Notes: generated by a model not told the origin, from the sequence alone. Shown: positions 51,994-63,830, counted from the stretch's first letter. The stretch: 64,000 bases of DNA from Macrostomum lignano (GCA_002269645.1 NIVC01000020.1:372001-436000), one strand, 5' to 3'. Made by a program: numbers and translations.

Positions 51994-52713
51994 ATGAGAC
52001 TCGCAGCCGTCACATTCGACGCGTGGGGAACGCTGGTCCGGGCCCGCAAGTCGGTGGGCTACCAGTACCTGAAGTACGCCAAGAGCTACGGCATCGATGC
52101 CGTCAGCCAGGAGCGGCTTGACGCCGCCGTGCCCTCCACGCTGTCCGCCATGCTGACGGAGCGGCCGAACTTCGACCGTGCCAGCGGCGCGGCCACCGCC
52201 GAGGCCTGGTGGAGCGAGTTCATCCGCCGCCTGTTCGTGGCAGCCTCCGACGGCGCCCTGAAGCCGAAGGACGTTCCCGAGATCATGTGCAAGAATCTCA
52301 GGAACTTCTATAAGACTCCGGGCGCCGTGGAGCTGACCGAGGGCTGCTCGGAGACGCTGGAGGCGCTGGCCGCCCGCTCCCTGAAGCTGGGCGTCCTGTC
52401 CAACTTCGACGACCGCCTGCCGGACATCCTGGCCTGTCTGGGCGTGGCGGACAGGTTTGCCGCCGTGGTCTCCAGCTTCGAGGCCGACCTCGTCAAGCCG
52501 GACCCCCGCATCTTTGCGCTGGCCGCCAAGCGGCTCGGCGAGGAGCCCGGAGCCATCCTGCACGTCGGCGACGATCGGCGCAACGACTTCGAGGCCGCGC
52601 GCGCCTGCGGCTTCCGGGCGCTGCTGCTGGATCCAGCCGGCCGCGAGGCCGCCGACGTCCCCCAGGAGCTGCGGATTGAGCGGCTGGACCAGCTGATGCA
52701 GCGGCTGGACTAG
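51994..52713 (+). CDS. HDHD3: HAD-like hydrolase domain-containing protein 3 (REG-2-like)
   Basis: HAD motif I TFDAWGTL, motif II LSNFD, motif III KPDPRIF, motif IV HVGDD..ND. Confidence 0.85.
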   Translation: MRLAAVTFDAWGTLVRARKSVGYQYLKYAKSYGIDAVSQERLDAAVPSTLSAMLTERPNFDRASGAATAEAWWSEFIRRLFVAASDGALKPKDVPEIMCKNLRNFYKTPGAVELTEGCSETLEALAARSLKLGVLSNFDDRLPDILACLGVADRFAAVVSSFEADLVKPDPRIFALAAKRLGEEPGAILHVGDDRRNDFEAARACGFRALLLDPAGREAADVPQELRIERLDQLMQRLD

Positions 52714-52995
52714 CGGGCTGATGAGGCTAGACTAGCGGGTTGATGATGCTGGACTGGCGGGCTGATGAGGCGGGACTAGCGGGCTGATGAGGCTGGATTA
52801 GCGGGTTGATGAGGCTGGATTAGCGGGTTGATGAGGCTGGATTAGCGGGTTGATGAGGCTGGATTAGCGGGTTGATGAGGCTGGATTAGCGGGTTGATGA
52901 GGCTGGATTAGCGGGTTGATGAGGCTGGATTAGCGGGTTGATGAGGCTGGATTAACGGGTTGATGGGGCTGGATTGTCGGGCTGATGAGGCTGTA
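52700..52995. repeat. 22-bp tandem array GGATTAGCGGGTTGATGAGGCT, about 13 units
   Basis: Starts across the HDHD3 stop codon (GGACTAG). Confidence 0.9.
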
Positions 52996-53759
52996 CCTCC
53001 AAAAGGATGGAGCTGTTTACTGAAGTTTCAGATTTTGGAGTTATGTTTCGCCTTTTGTTATCTTTTCTGAACTTGTTTTTTATAGATATTTTCCACTCTC
53101 ACCTGATTTTGTAACGCATTGAAAACAATTCGCCTGCCAATTAAATATTCTCGCGCTGAATCCGAAGGTCATTCAAAACTCAGCTCTGCTCTGGTTGGAC
53201 CAAACAATCACAGTTTAATTTCTACTGCCTTGAGTACATGCAAGTGTGGCTGCTCAGCACCCTTCATTTGTCTGTTGCAGCAGATCTCTGCACTGATTCT
53301 GTAAAAAGCATACTTGCTTACGAGCTTCACCTTTCATTTGCTGCATTTTTATCTTATGAAAGATCGCCTACTGATGAGTAGCATGAATAGGATGTGAACT
53401 GGATTACTTGTAGCCCGGCATGCTAGCGATCTTGGCCCCATGTACATGTAATCTACATGTAAAAGCCGTGCATAGTCACAATTGTTTATTAGAGATTAAA
53501 TTTTGTTTAGAGCTGAAGAAGCAACACGCCCGAGACCAAGCTTGGGCAGCGCCATCTCAGCCTCACGCTGATGCTTGGCATCCACATTAATCAATGAAAT
53601 GACTCTCAAGCCATGGCATCGTTAGGGTTAGGCTGACAGGTGCTAAATTTATATTTTTACCAAATTCTTTTGACTCAAAATTCACCTCTGTAACCAGAAA
53701 CTGAAAATAAATATTGACAGCGAACCAGCGCAAAAGCATGGCATACAGCAACCAGGATA

Positions 53760-54370
53760 GGGCAAATAATTGGTCAGCAACGGAAGAAACGCAAAAAAAT
53801 TGTCAGAAACAGCAGAAACGATAAACAATTGGTCAGCGACAGGAGAAACAACAAATAATTTGTCAGCATAAAGCAAATAACAAATAATTAGTCAGCATAA
53901 AGCAAATAACAAATAATTTGTCAGCATAAAGCAAATAACAAACAATTGGTCAGCAAAAAAGGCAAAAAACAAACAATTGGTCAGCAAAAAAGCAAAAAAC
54001 AAACAATTGGTCAGCAAAAAAGCAAAAAACAAATAACTGGTCAACAGAAAAGCAAAAAACAAACAATTGGTCAGCAAAAAAAGCAAAAAACAAACAATTG
54101 GTCAACAAAAAAGCAAAAAACAAACAATTGGTCAGCAAAAAAGCAAAAAACAAATAATTGGTCAACAAAAAAGCTAAAAACAAACAATTGGTCAGCAAAA
54201 AAAGCAAAAAACAAATAACTGGTCAACAAAAAAGCAAAAAAACAAACAATTGGTCAGCAAAAAAAGCAAAAAACAAATAATTGGTCAACAGAAAAGCAAA
54301 AAACAAACAATTGGTCAGCAAAAAACAAATAATTGGTCAACCGAAAAGCAAAAACAAATAGTTGGTCACG
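53760..54370. repeat. A-rich tandem array of about 30 bp (AAACAAACAATTGGTCAGCAAAAAAGCAAA)
   Basis: Direct reading. Confidence 0.9.
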
Positions 54371-54782
54371 GAAACGGCAAATAATCGGTAAGCAAGTTTT
54401 GCTGTTAGCTCAAGAACTCCTGCGTTAGTCATAAATTTGATCCATCTAACCGTATGCAAGTCCCAGTGCAAGTGTTAAAACTTTTCATCAGCATTTATGG
54501 GCCTCAAATAATTGAATTGAAATTAGTATTTCATCAAAACAAAACAAGGTAAGCGCTAGCCATGTCATCAACCTTATGTATAGAATTTTGACAGATGCCT
54601 GCATATTAAAGTTCAAAGCTGCGCAATGAGTTACAGACTCGCGTTGTTGTGTTTGGATTCGATTTTAATTTTGCTTAAGCCTGTACCTATGAGCTAATTA
54701 GAAAAAAAGTTTGTGGCCAATGGAACATGTTAATATGAGCATAAAACTGCATAATCAGCAACAAGTCATCTGTGCTCCAAAT

Positions 54783-57700
54783 TCATTGCTCACGGCCGCT
54801 TCGCCATCGGTAAAACATTGGGATCTGCAATGGCTGCTCCCTGATGGCATCTTCGAAATTCACCGTATTCCCACTGATCAGGCCTTCGCACCTGTGCCAA
54901 ACTGCTACTAAAAGCACAAACCAGGAGCTTGCGGCCTCGGCGTGTCTCTTCCAATCGTGGTAGTTTTCCTTGCTCAGCATTTCTCGGCACCCTTTACCGA
55001 CAAGGAATGCTTCGAGTCTTCCTCGAACAATGGCAGCTGAGTGGCGGATGAGGAACTGCGAATCGATCTGGCACTCGCATTCGTGACTCGTCAACTTCCT
55101 GGCAATCTGAGTCAGCACTTCTATGTACTGGTCATGTGTTGTTGGCTGGTTGAACTCGCACAGTTCTCTTCCATGGTACTCGTACCTGGCGTGCACAGCT
55201 GTTCTACACGAGTCGCAGTTCTGAGCTGCATCGCTGAGGTGCTTGAAAACCTTGGCTTCACGATTATGGTACACAACATTTAACCGACTTTGAGCTTCAA
55301 AGGCGAAATTTCTTGCGCTATGACGATTTCTCCTGTGCTTCAGGCGCGCGTACGTCAGAGGACTCCTCGGCTCTGGCTGAGTATCTGGATTGTCCTCTGT
55401 GTCTGAGCCAGGGTCCTCGCCCCAGATATCGTGAAACTTGTGCGGTTGATTGGCCGGGTCTTCCTTCACGTAATCTCCATTCTCCTTGACTACAGGAACC
55501 AAATGTTTAGCCAAGCTGTCTCTGACTTTCTCATATGATTTCTCTTCATCTGGCAAGTCGGGTAAGCCAAAATGGAGGGCCGATTGAAATACATGCAGAA
55601 CGGAATCTCTGGGCAGCTGAACCATTGTCATGCTGGGAAACACTCGGTGCATTGCACTGGGCAGAAGTTCCACATTAAAATACAGCTTTCCTTCTAACTG
55701 ATTCGAGAACAGTCGGATGTCTTTCCAGACATGAGCACCGTCGATGACCATCAACCTTACTTTTCCAGGAAGCAACAGTTCGTCACGAATGTAGCACATG
55801 GGTATATTGATCTCTCTTTTCGTTTCTGGTTCTCTTCTCTTTTCTCTTTTATTCTCTTTTCTTCTTTCCGTTATGTTTGTCAATAGCTGCCCCTTCGAAT
55901 CAGAGAGCCGGGATTCCATATTGATTTGAACTTGTCTCACCAAGGAATCAAGATCCCCTCCGGCATTGAATTGTGCATTGTACCAGAAGTGGCATTCGCC
56001 GGCAGCTGCATCGCATTTTAGATCAAGATCTCTGAACCCAACCTCATCCGATACTTGCTTGTTTTGTTTTCTTTGGAACTTTAGCCTCAGGGGTTTATTG
56101 TTTTCAAGCAACAATTGACCATTGAATCTGTACATCTCAATCTGCTTTTCTTCAACGAAGACGGGTTTAGCATTCTCAAGCTTAGCCTTGTAGCATGGGC
56201 TCAATGGTTTATATCCGGTGTGTTGGAATTGGAATTTGATCGCTTCACACGGCTCACTACTGCTGCAAGCAATGTGCAAAATCACAGTTACCATGGGCGC
56301 TACTTGCAGCTCAACCTGGAGTAAATTTTCGCTCAAAATCGCGTGGATTCTGTACTTGGGAGCATTGAGAGCGTAGTTGAAAGATATATCCCTTCTCAGA
56401 GAAATGAGAATATTTTCATCATTTCCTCGAGAGTACTCACCTGAGATTTCAAGACAAGTGAGTGGCTCGTCTATGGAAAAATTGTTTTCCCAGTGTTCAA
56501 TGATCCTTCCATTATTCTCAGATGTGGTGATCCGATCCAGCATCTGTTGGGTACTGTTAGCCTTAATGCGCAACTCTGTAATACATACTGGTGTCTCGCT
56601 GGTGACATCGCAGTCTACTGACAGTTTTATTTCGGCACAGAATGGCCGAAAAACGACAGGCTCTTGATTCCACTTTTTTGCTACAATGAACGTCAACTCT
56701 TTGCCGCTTTTACTAGCATTTGTTACTTCAAGATTCCAGTATTTCTGCTCTCGTAATTCACGGTTCCCAGCTTCATCAACAATTTCCAGGTAGAAACTGA
56801 CAACCAAACTTCTGTTTGCAAAAGGATTCCAAGCCAGCAGATTCCCAGAGATTTGGCACATTTCGATTTTCACCGAAGCCGTGAAAACTCCATTGTTGCT
56901 TTGTAGCTCAACATTTCTGAGCTCTTTGCAATTGGCGCTTCGTAAAAACAGGCGCTGTGGCGTTTGAATAGGGCTGTCCGTAACTCGAAATTCGAAATTC
57001 ACCACTCCAAAGTACTGCGCCACAGCTACAAATCTAGGGTCGTTTGCGCCCCCGTAAACTGCGGACACGAGCACAGCTTCTGCTGCTCTCGACTGACTGC
57101 CTTTTAAGCTGCCCAAGTTAAGCGGAAGTGAAATTTTCTGGTTGATCAAAAAGATTTTGAATTTCTCGTCGTTTGCAAATAAAACTGCATCGAAAAGTTC
57201 AGTCATGTAAAGATTTGATTTACCCCGAAGTTGCAGCATCTTCCCATGCGCTCCAACTTTGATGGCAAGAGGAGTCTGATCTGCATCATTTGACTCGTTG
57301 GAAACTGAAATAACAAATTTCATTTTTATTTTCAACGGTTGCAGCAAGGATTTTTCATCCCAACAGATTTCATTTCGTCCAGGTCTCAAAACTGACAGCA
57401 GCAGCTCCAATCTGCCACTGGGGGATTCGCGTACCACCCAGAATTTGGTGAGATCCTGATCAGTGCTGCCCCACGAAATCATGCCGTCACCACTGGGCCT
57501 TTTGCAGGCAAGAATTTGTTTTGTTAACTCAACGCTTTCAACTGAACCTTGCTCAAACTTTAGCTTGTTCTGTTTCTGTGGTGCTCCGTTTCCCAGTTCG
57601 GGACACGTGCCTGCGATGTACAGCTTCTGTCCGAACTCGGGTCTGTACCCAGTGAGAGCAAACTGGCATTTGATATCTCCGGCAGCGAGCATTTTAAGAG

Positions 57701-59360
57701 ACTCATTTTGACAGACGAGAAACTTTTTATGCTGTAGAATCTTTGGAACACTGAGGCTGTGGCATGTGCTTGGAGATCCGACACCAACCTGCAGTATTTG
57801 GTTTTCCATTAAAAAACGTTGGTCTTCCTGGCTGAACAAAACAACCAGCGGGCCTCCGGTTCGGATCTGATGCTTCAGCTGCAGTTTTGGTGCATTGCAA
57901 AACTTTACAAACAGCTCTGTGCTTGCGGAGTTTAGATGGAAAAGCAGTTCTCTATCTATAGAAAGAGATAGAGGATGCGGCATGTTGCTCCTCAACTCAT
58001 GCATAATGACGAATGTTGGTACAAGTGAGCTGCTTGGAAAGGTGGGCCTGAAGCTTGCCGTTAGCACTAGAGAAACTTCTATCTCCGTTTTTTGGTAATA
58101 ATTTTTTATCACTTGACATTTATAGAGTGACTGATCATTGATGTCTTCCGAGTCGAAGCAAATCGCCCTGTTACCATAAAAACAGAGCTCGATTTCGGCC
58201 ACACCAACAAAGCAGTTATTTATTTCTGGATCCAACTGCAATTCAATTTTGTGCTGATTTTCTAAAATGAACACAAAAGCGGCCTCAGCAACAAAATCTT
58301 CTACTTGCAGCAGAAAATGAAGCGGCACTCTCAGCGCTGGCAAAATGGTGACTTCTCCGAGGTCCGCATCGCACACGATCAAAAAGCGATCTGCACCGGC
58401 AATTGAATCCTCAGCAAGTTTGATTTCAACCTTCTTCCTAGACTCACCTTTGTAGGAGCAATCAAGTGACAATGTGACAGGTGACTGGGTATCTTTTTCA
58501 GAATGATTGAAGCGAGTGGTCACCTGTGTAGTTTGTCTCATCCAGGAAGTTGTCCGGCTGACATGAGATTGAGGAATCAGCTTGATGCTGCCGAGGACAT
58601 CGCTGCACACACTAATTTCGTCTACTTGAAATTTCGTTTCCTGCACGAAGAACTTCAAGTCTATGTCCCGTCTCCTGTAGACAGAAAATTTTTTGGTTGT
58701 CCAATCCAGCTCTAAAATAAATGATTGCAATGGATGGCAGTCGCCAACTAGGTTTACTTGCTCTAATTTTTTTGCTGGAAATCTGATTGATTGACGATTG
58801 TCACCGACTTGGAAGGCCACGGACAGGCAGTCAGCAGTTGAAAAATTCTGCAGGCTGCCATCGTCAAGCTTTACCATTGTCAGGTTCACATTCTTGCTAA
58901 CTTTACCTTCACCGATTGGTACCATTAGCGAATTGTAGCTGAAATCGAGTTCTTTGCAATTTCCGAAAACATAAACATTTTGAGAAGCTTCAGAATTGCG
59001 CAGGCAAAGTTCCAGTTCAACGGTGACTATGGCTTGTACAGGAAGAACCTTCAACTCATGCCAACCCTTAATAGGTTTCGTTTTTTCGTTTTCACGTTTT
59101 GCGTGAATTAGCACTATACTGGAACAATGTCCTTTCCAATCTAGTGGAAGCTCAAGGTCAAACCGGCTGAATTTTTTGCTATTTCTTATAATGGTTAACG
59201 TTTGATGATTTGTCGTAGTACAAGTACCGGAAAAAATTGACTTGTCTTTCTTCTTCAAAGTGAATTGATACGCATCTTTGCCTTCACCTACTATCACTTC
59301 AGGCAGTTCATCATTTTCTACAGTGCACTCGACAACAATATATAGCACTGCAGCCTTCAT
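54783..59360 (-). CDS. 1525-aa intronless protein with tandem CBM20-like beta-sandwich repeats and an unassigned C-terminal domain
   Basis: 4.6-kb non-repetitive open frame. QFALTGYRPEFGQKLYIAGTCPELG and VYVFGNCKEL resemble CBM20 starts. Confidence 0.75.
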   Translation of the reverse strand: MKAAVLYIVVECTVENDELPEVIVGEGKDAYQFTLKKKDKSIFSGTCTTTNHQTLTIIRNSKKFSRFDLELPLDWKGHCSSIVLIHAKRENEKTKPIKGWHELKVLPVQAIVTVELELCLRNSEASQNVYVFGNCKELDFSYNSLMVPIGEGKVSKNVNLTMVKLDDGSLQNFSTADCLSVAFQVGDNRQSIRFPAKKLEQVNLVGDCHPLQSFILELDWTTKKFSVYRRRDIDLKFFVQETKFQVDEISVCSDVLGSIKLIPQSHVSRTTSWMRQTTQVTTRFNHSEKDTQSPVTLSLDCSYKGESRKKVEIKLAEDSIAGADRFLIVCDADLGEVTILPALRVPLHFLLQVEDFVAEAAFVFILENQHKIELQLDPEINNCFVGVAEIELCFYGNRAICFDSEDINDQSLYKCQVIKNYYQKTEIEVSLVLTASFRPTFPSSSLVPTFVIMHELRSNMPHPLSLSIDRELLFHLNSASTELFVKFCNAPKLQLKHQIRTGGPLVVLFSQEDQRFLMENQILQVGVGSPSTCHSLSVPKILQHKKFLVCQNESLKMLAAGDIKCQFALTGYRPEFGQKLYIAGTCPELGNGAPQKQNKLKFEQGSVESVELTKQILACKRPSGDGMISWGSTDQDLTKFWVVRESPSGRLELLLSVLRPGRNEICWDEKSLLQPLKIKMKFVISVSNESNDADQTPLAIKVGAHGKMLQLRGKSNLYMTELFDAVLFANDEKFKIFLINQKISLPLNLGSLKGSQSRAAEAVLVSAVYGGANDPRFVAVAQYFGVVNFEFRVTDSPIQTPQRLFLRSANCKELRNVELQSNNGVFTASVKIEMCQISGNLLAWNPFANRSLVVSFYLEIVDEAGNRELREQKYWNLEVTNASKSGKELTFIVAKKWNQEPVVFRPFCAEIKLSVDCDVTSETPVCITELRIKANSTQQMLDRITTSENNGRIIEHWENNFSIDEPLTCLEISGEYSRGNDENILISLRRDISFNYALNAPKYRIHAILSENLLQVELQVAPMVTVILHIACSSSEPCEAIKFQFQHTGYKPLSPCYKAKLENAKPVFVEEKQIEMYRFNGQLLLENNKPLRLKFQRKQNKQVSDEVGFRDLDLKCDAAAGECHFWYNAQFNAGGDLDSLVRQVQINMESRLSDSKGQLLTNITERRKENKREKRREPETKREINIPMCYIRDELLLPGKVRLMVIDGAHVWKDIRLFSNQLEGKLYFNVELLPSAMHRVFPSMTMVQLPRDSVLHVFQSALHFGLPDLPDEEKSYEKVRDSLAKHLVPVVKENGDYVKEDPANQPHKFHDIWGEDPGSDTEDNPDTQPEPRSPLTYARLKHRRNRHSARNFAFEAQSRLNVVYHNREAKVFKHLSDAAQNCDSCRTAVHARYEYHGRELCEFNQPTTHDQYIEVLTQIARKLTSHECECQIDSQFLIRHSAAIVRGRLEAFLVGKGCREMLSKENYHDWKRHAEAASSWFVLLVAVWHRCEGLISGNTVNFEDAIREQPLQIPMFYRWRSGREQ

Positions 59361-59443
59361 AACGATTCTTTGGTTACTGAAATCGATGAAAGCTTAGCGC
59401 ATAATGAATGAATGCTAATAGTAGTAAAAGTATATACGAGCTA

Positions 59444-59629
59444 CTCAGAAAACATTGAAAAGTCGCCTCCCTTTGTGCCAGTAACTGAAACGTTGCTCCC
59501 TATTGCTCAGCATGGTGATTACGGAGTGAATGTCCCCACGGTAAAGCGAGAGAGTTTTCAACTTGCAAGGGAGATCTAAGAGAAGCTGCTGACTGGCGCA
59601 AAGGATGGCGACTTTTCAATGTTGTTGAG
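59444..59629. mobile_element. MITE of the same TIR family as 32394-32655
   Basis: TA|CTCAGAAAACATTGAAAAGTCGCC...GGCGACTTTTCAATGTTGTTGAG|TA. Confidence 0.7.
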
Positions 59630-60399
59630 TATTATGTAAAATATAAATGTATTTTTAATTACAAAATCCATCGCATATGAGATGGTCTGTACAGAGACAG
59701 CACACTTACCTCGACTAGCCGATTACTTATTGTAGTATTCTCCCATCTTTCTTTGCATTGAAAAGGGGAAGGCCAAAGTCCACTGGGAGCTCTGCTTTTC
59801 TACGCTCAGCGCGGTCTTAGAAACGGAACATGTCCAATCCACTCCGGACTGTTTAGAATTTATGAACCGAAGCCCGAGTGCTTGGTATTTTACGCTCGCA
59901 CACCTTACATGTTCATACACCCATACATGTATTTGTTTGGGAAAGAATCGAGTTGAGAAAAGAGTTGAGTTTTCTACGCGATTGCGCACGTTAGCGTACC
60001 GAAGGGAAGGGCGGGCTGGGGCTGGAGGGTGGCGGGTTGTTCTCGCAACATCTGTTCCGGGGGGGGGGGGGGAGTGGCGACCACAGACCAAGAAGTAAGA
60101 CTAGACTGCGCATGGAGAGTAAAAAAAGTGTGCCTCTTTCCCAGTTATAAAAATGGCCACCCAGCCAACCCCCCCTCAGCGGTCGATAGTGGGTAAAGAA
60201 TTTCCCTTCCTAAACTGCACTCCCACTGGTTTGCTTTTCGGTTCCTACAGGGCACAACCACAGACCAATAAGTATAAGTTAATAAGTTATACCTATTGGT
60301 CCGTGAGTACTTATTGGTCTGTGGTGGATATGCCATTGTGCGGCTGCGTCTGCGTCTGCGTATCTGCGGAGAAGCAGACGCCAGAACGGGTCGCTTTCA

Positions 60400-60805
60400 C
60401 AAACCCTAAATTTCACAACGTCGCAAGACACAAACTTTCGTAAGCTCTAAATTTCATAAACCCTAATTTTCACAACGTCGAAAAGTTGTGCACAGTATTT
60501 CATAAGCTCTAAATTTCACAACGTCAAAAACAAAACTTGCATCAGACTGCAAAAACTATAAATTTCACAACGCCTAAATTTCACAAGCCCTAAATTTCAC
60601 AAGCCCTAAATTTCACAAGCCCTAAATTTCACAAGCCCTAAAACACTATGAGATATGAGATACAGAGATACAGAATGGAGATACAGATATAGATACAGAT
60701 AATACAGATATGGAGATACAGAAAGATTGTAGAAGGATTGTAGAAGAAAGATTGTATCTCCATAATTTTTTTAGGCGTTGTGAAATTTAGGGCTTGTGAA
60801 ATTCT
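60400..60805. repeat. Direct and inverted CTAAATTTCACAA repeats around a GAGATACA-rich spacer; probable DNA-transposon remnant
   Basis: Direct copies at 60404-60640, inverted copies at 60773-60805. Confidence 0.5.
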
Positions 60806-62029
60806 GTGCATGCCTAATGTCAACGAGAGAACATGCATGGCATGGACTTTTTTCCTGGACTCAAAATAATTTACATTGCAGCGAACCGCATAAAGTGAGA
60901 AGTTTAGAAACTCTCACATTTACATTTACCTATAGCTCTCATCTCATACTCTTCTTTATGCATACTCTACTTAAAGTAGAGTAATACTCTACTCTACTCC
61001 AAGTAATACCAGTAATATCACGCAAACAGCGAGTGACTATGCTATTGTCCGAAAAACCGGTTCTCAACGGTTCTCATTATTTAGAACTTCCAAATATGGT
61101 AAATTTTAACCTGAATGTGACCCAAGTCTCACCCTTTTCTAGTCAAAAAACGCAGACTCTAATTTATTGACTCTAAATAAACAACAAATAACCTTTGAGA
61201 TGGTGACGTTTGGTCATGAGTGCCATCGAATTCGAGTAAACTGGACAGGATTTGTTGTGAAGGTGAGCTTTGGTGAGCGCTGTTTATTTCCTTGTTATTG
61301 ATTTTGTTGGTGCTTCTGATTTTTTTTGGCGGCGGGGAAGTGGCGTGGCTGTCTTTAATACGGGAACACGAGAATTTTTTTCAGGAAGTTTTCCCGCCGA
61401 GAGGTTTGTCCGCGTGATTGCGTGATTCAATGTGCAGGAGGTTTGCATAACTGCAATATAGGCCGACTCGGTGGGTTAAAATCCTATGAGCACACTGCTC
61501 GTGAGACCTGCAGTATCACCAGCTGGCTAATCTGCTACGAATGTACTTCTATAGAATCTATAGAACTCTTCACGGCTAGAAGCCCATCAAAAAGACATGA
61601 AGCCATGTTGTTGTTAATTGAAACTCGGCTGAGGATCGGGAGCAAGCCCGCATCAAATTGCTTGTACTCCTCGACCTCGTAGGTGGCAGAGCAAGAAGAG
61701 GGGCACAGGGGCTGCTGAGCGAATTCGAGAACCTGTGAACTCACTTAGCCAGGTGATCTCAAGTGTGTGCGGTCGGTCATCGATAATGGTCACCGCTGAG
61801 CTGCCTGCCTCTGCTCCCACCGATCACAGCAGTGTTGTGCGGGAACACTCGGTTGACCTACGGGGGTAACATTCGAATCCGACTTAGCAACTCATAATTT
61901 TGCATTTTCTTTCTCATTTAGAAGATTTAGTGTGCCATCTAGCGGTCATCAATCGGTGGGGAGCTATACTCGTATATTTTGTAGCGTTTAATGTGCAATG
62001 TGTACAGCCGTTATGTGCCAATAGAGCGC

Positions 62030-62420
62030 CGCGGGCCCCACCACCTGCAGTGGGTCCCTGGACACTGCGGGCTTCAGGGAAATGGGCTGGCTGACGCCCT
62101 GGCAAACGAGGCTGCCGCTGCGGGGATCGCCCCCCCCCCAGCCGCTCCCGGTCACCTTCAACTGTGCCAGGACGTTCATCAGCCGCTGTAGTCTGAATAT
62201 GGCTATTGCCTATTTCGATCACTCGGAAGAACGAGAGCGACGCGAGTTTCCTGTCGCCGGGACGCCGTCCTCCTCATCGCCCGCATCAGAGATAGCGGGC
62301 CACTGCAGCGCCCTCCGCCCATACAGCCAGGTTTGTCAACCCAGCTGAGGACCCCACATGCAAACGTTGCGGGGAGGCGCCCGAAACTGGGGAGCACTGG
62401 CTGGCGGAATGCTCAGCACT
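62030..62420 (+). mobile_element. Decayed 3' part of an RNase H-bearing non-LTR retrotransposon
   Basis: HLQWVPGHCGLQGNGLADALANEAA (RNase H), then a CKRCGEAPETGEHWLAEC zinc knuckle in another frame. Confidence 0.75.
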
Positions 62421-63653
62421 GCACGCTGTCCGTGCGGCTGTTTGAGACGTGGGTGTCTCAGAGTAAAGTGTGTTAACCCCACCCCTCCCCCTTGCGCCCT
62501 CCTCTCCTCTGCCGCGTGCCAGGGGGGGGGGGGTTTAAACCCTGGCCTTGGCGCTGCGTGCAATTGCTCCGATTTTTACTCCCCTCCACTTTTCCCTTCT
62601 CGTCGCCGTTTTGTGCTCGCCGCCATTTTACCCGTCTTTACCTTTCTTCTCTGTTGGTGGGGTTGCGGGTTAACAGTTATAGCTTCGACCAAAGATTAAA
62701 GTTTGTGCGACTCTTTTCCATGTTCATTACTGATCCATGTGAGAGCTTAGCTGCTTCATCTCATTATTTCGAAGCCCCATTGTCTTGCAACTTGACGCTA
62801 GATAGAACTTTTCCCACCTTCTCTTTCTTATCGCTTTCGATTTTTATTTGAGTGAGTAAAGATCGTTGTTGCTGTTATTGAAAATATATCGTTATTACCG
62901 GTTAATCAGAGGTAGTCAGCAGGTGACATTTTAGCGCGAGATTTTATAGTCATATTTATACCCTACTGCGCGATCGCACTGCTGTGCCGGTCCCCAAAAA
63001 ACGATGTCTCCCCAGTGATCCACAACCATGCACCAGCTTCCCGTACAACTGAAATCGGTCTTCAATAGAATTTACAGGATGGACTGAGATCTAAGGAAAG
63101 CGATTGTTGCAGGTAAAACCAAGATATTACTAAATTAGAGAAAGGAATTCGCGAAATTTCTCACACGATTGCTAATACTAACAAAAGGAGAATTTGAGAA
63201 TGCGGTATTACGCAAGGGGGAGGAAGAAACGAGGGGAGCCATGTACGCCAATGATCGCTGATGTACGCTTGTAAAGCATAAAACCAACGCCAATGGGAAT
63301 GGCAGGCGAGTGTTGGGGCGAGAAACAAGCACGGAGCTCTCGAACGTGGTTCCACTCAGCGCCTAAACACGCAGGCTAGCTAAACAAGAAATTAAAATAG
63401 CCTATCCGCGCCGCATAGACGGTGGTTAAAAGGTATAAAGAAAAGTGCAAAATAAGCAATACAGTGAAAATAAACAATTGTATATAGAATTTAGCTATAT
63501 AATTATAAATAAGTTTATTATTCGTTTTATCAAATCTATTATTGAAAATTGATGATACAGTATTCAATCCTTTATGAGGCAAAAATAAGAACAAACAATG
63601 AACAGAATCACAGGTCGTAAAATCACAGGTAAGAGCACTGGAAATGATATAGA

Positions 63654-63830
63654 CGAGAGGCGTTTCAAAAGTTCATAGAAAGCGTTACCCTTTCAAAAGA
63701 CAGCACAGCACAGCGCATGTGTACAGCACAGCACATTGAGGCTACTGGCCTCAAGCTGGTGGGTGCTCCTCCATATTCACCTGGCACTCCGCAGTTTCTG
63801 GTTGTTTCCAACAAAATCAATGAATAAGCA
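63654..63830 (+). mobile_element. Internally deleted mariner remnant
   Basis: TIR-like CGAGAGGCGTTTCAAAAGT, then PPYSP and a frameshifted FWLFP from the YSPDL region of the transposase. Confidence 0.55.

Noticed and set aside
52730-52990. CTGATGAG motifs as hammerhead cores
   Set aside because: No GAAA or stems follow; they are part of the 22-bp minisatellite.
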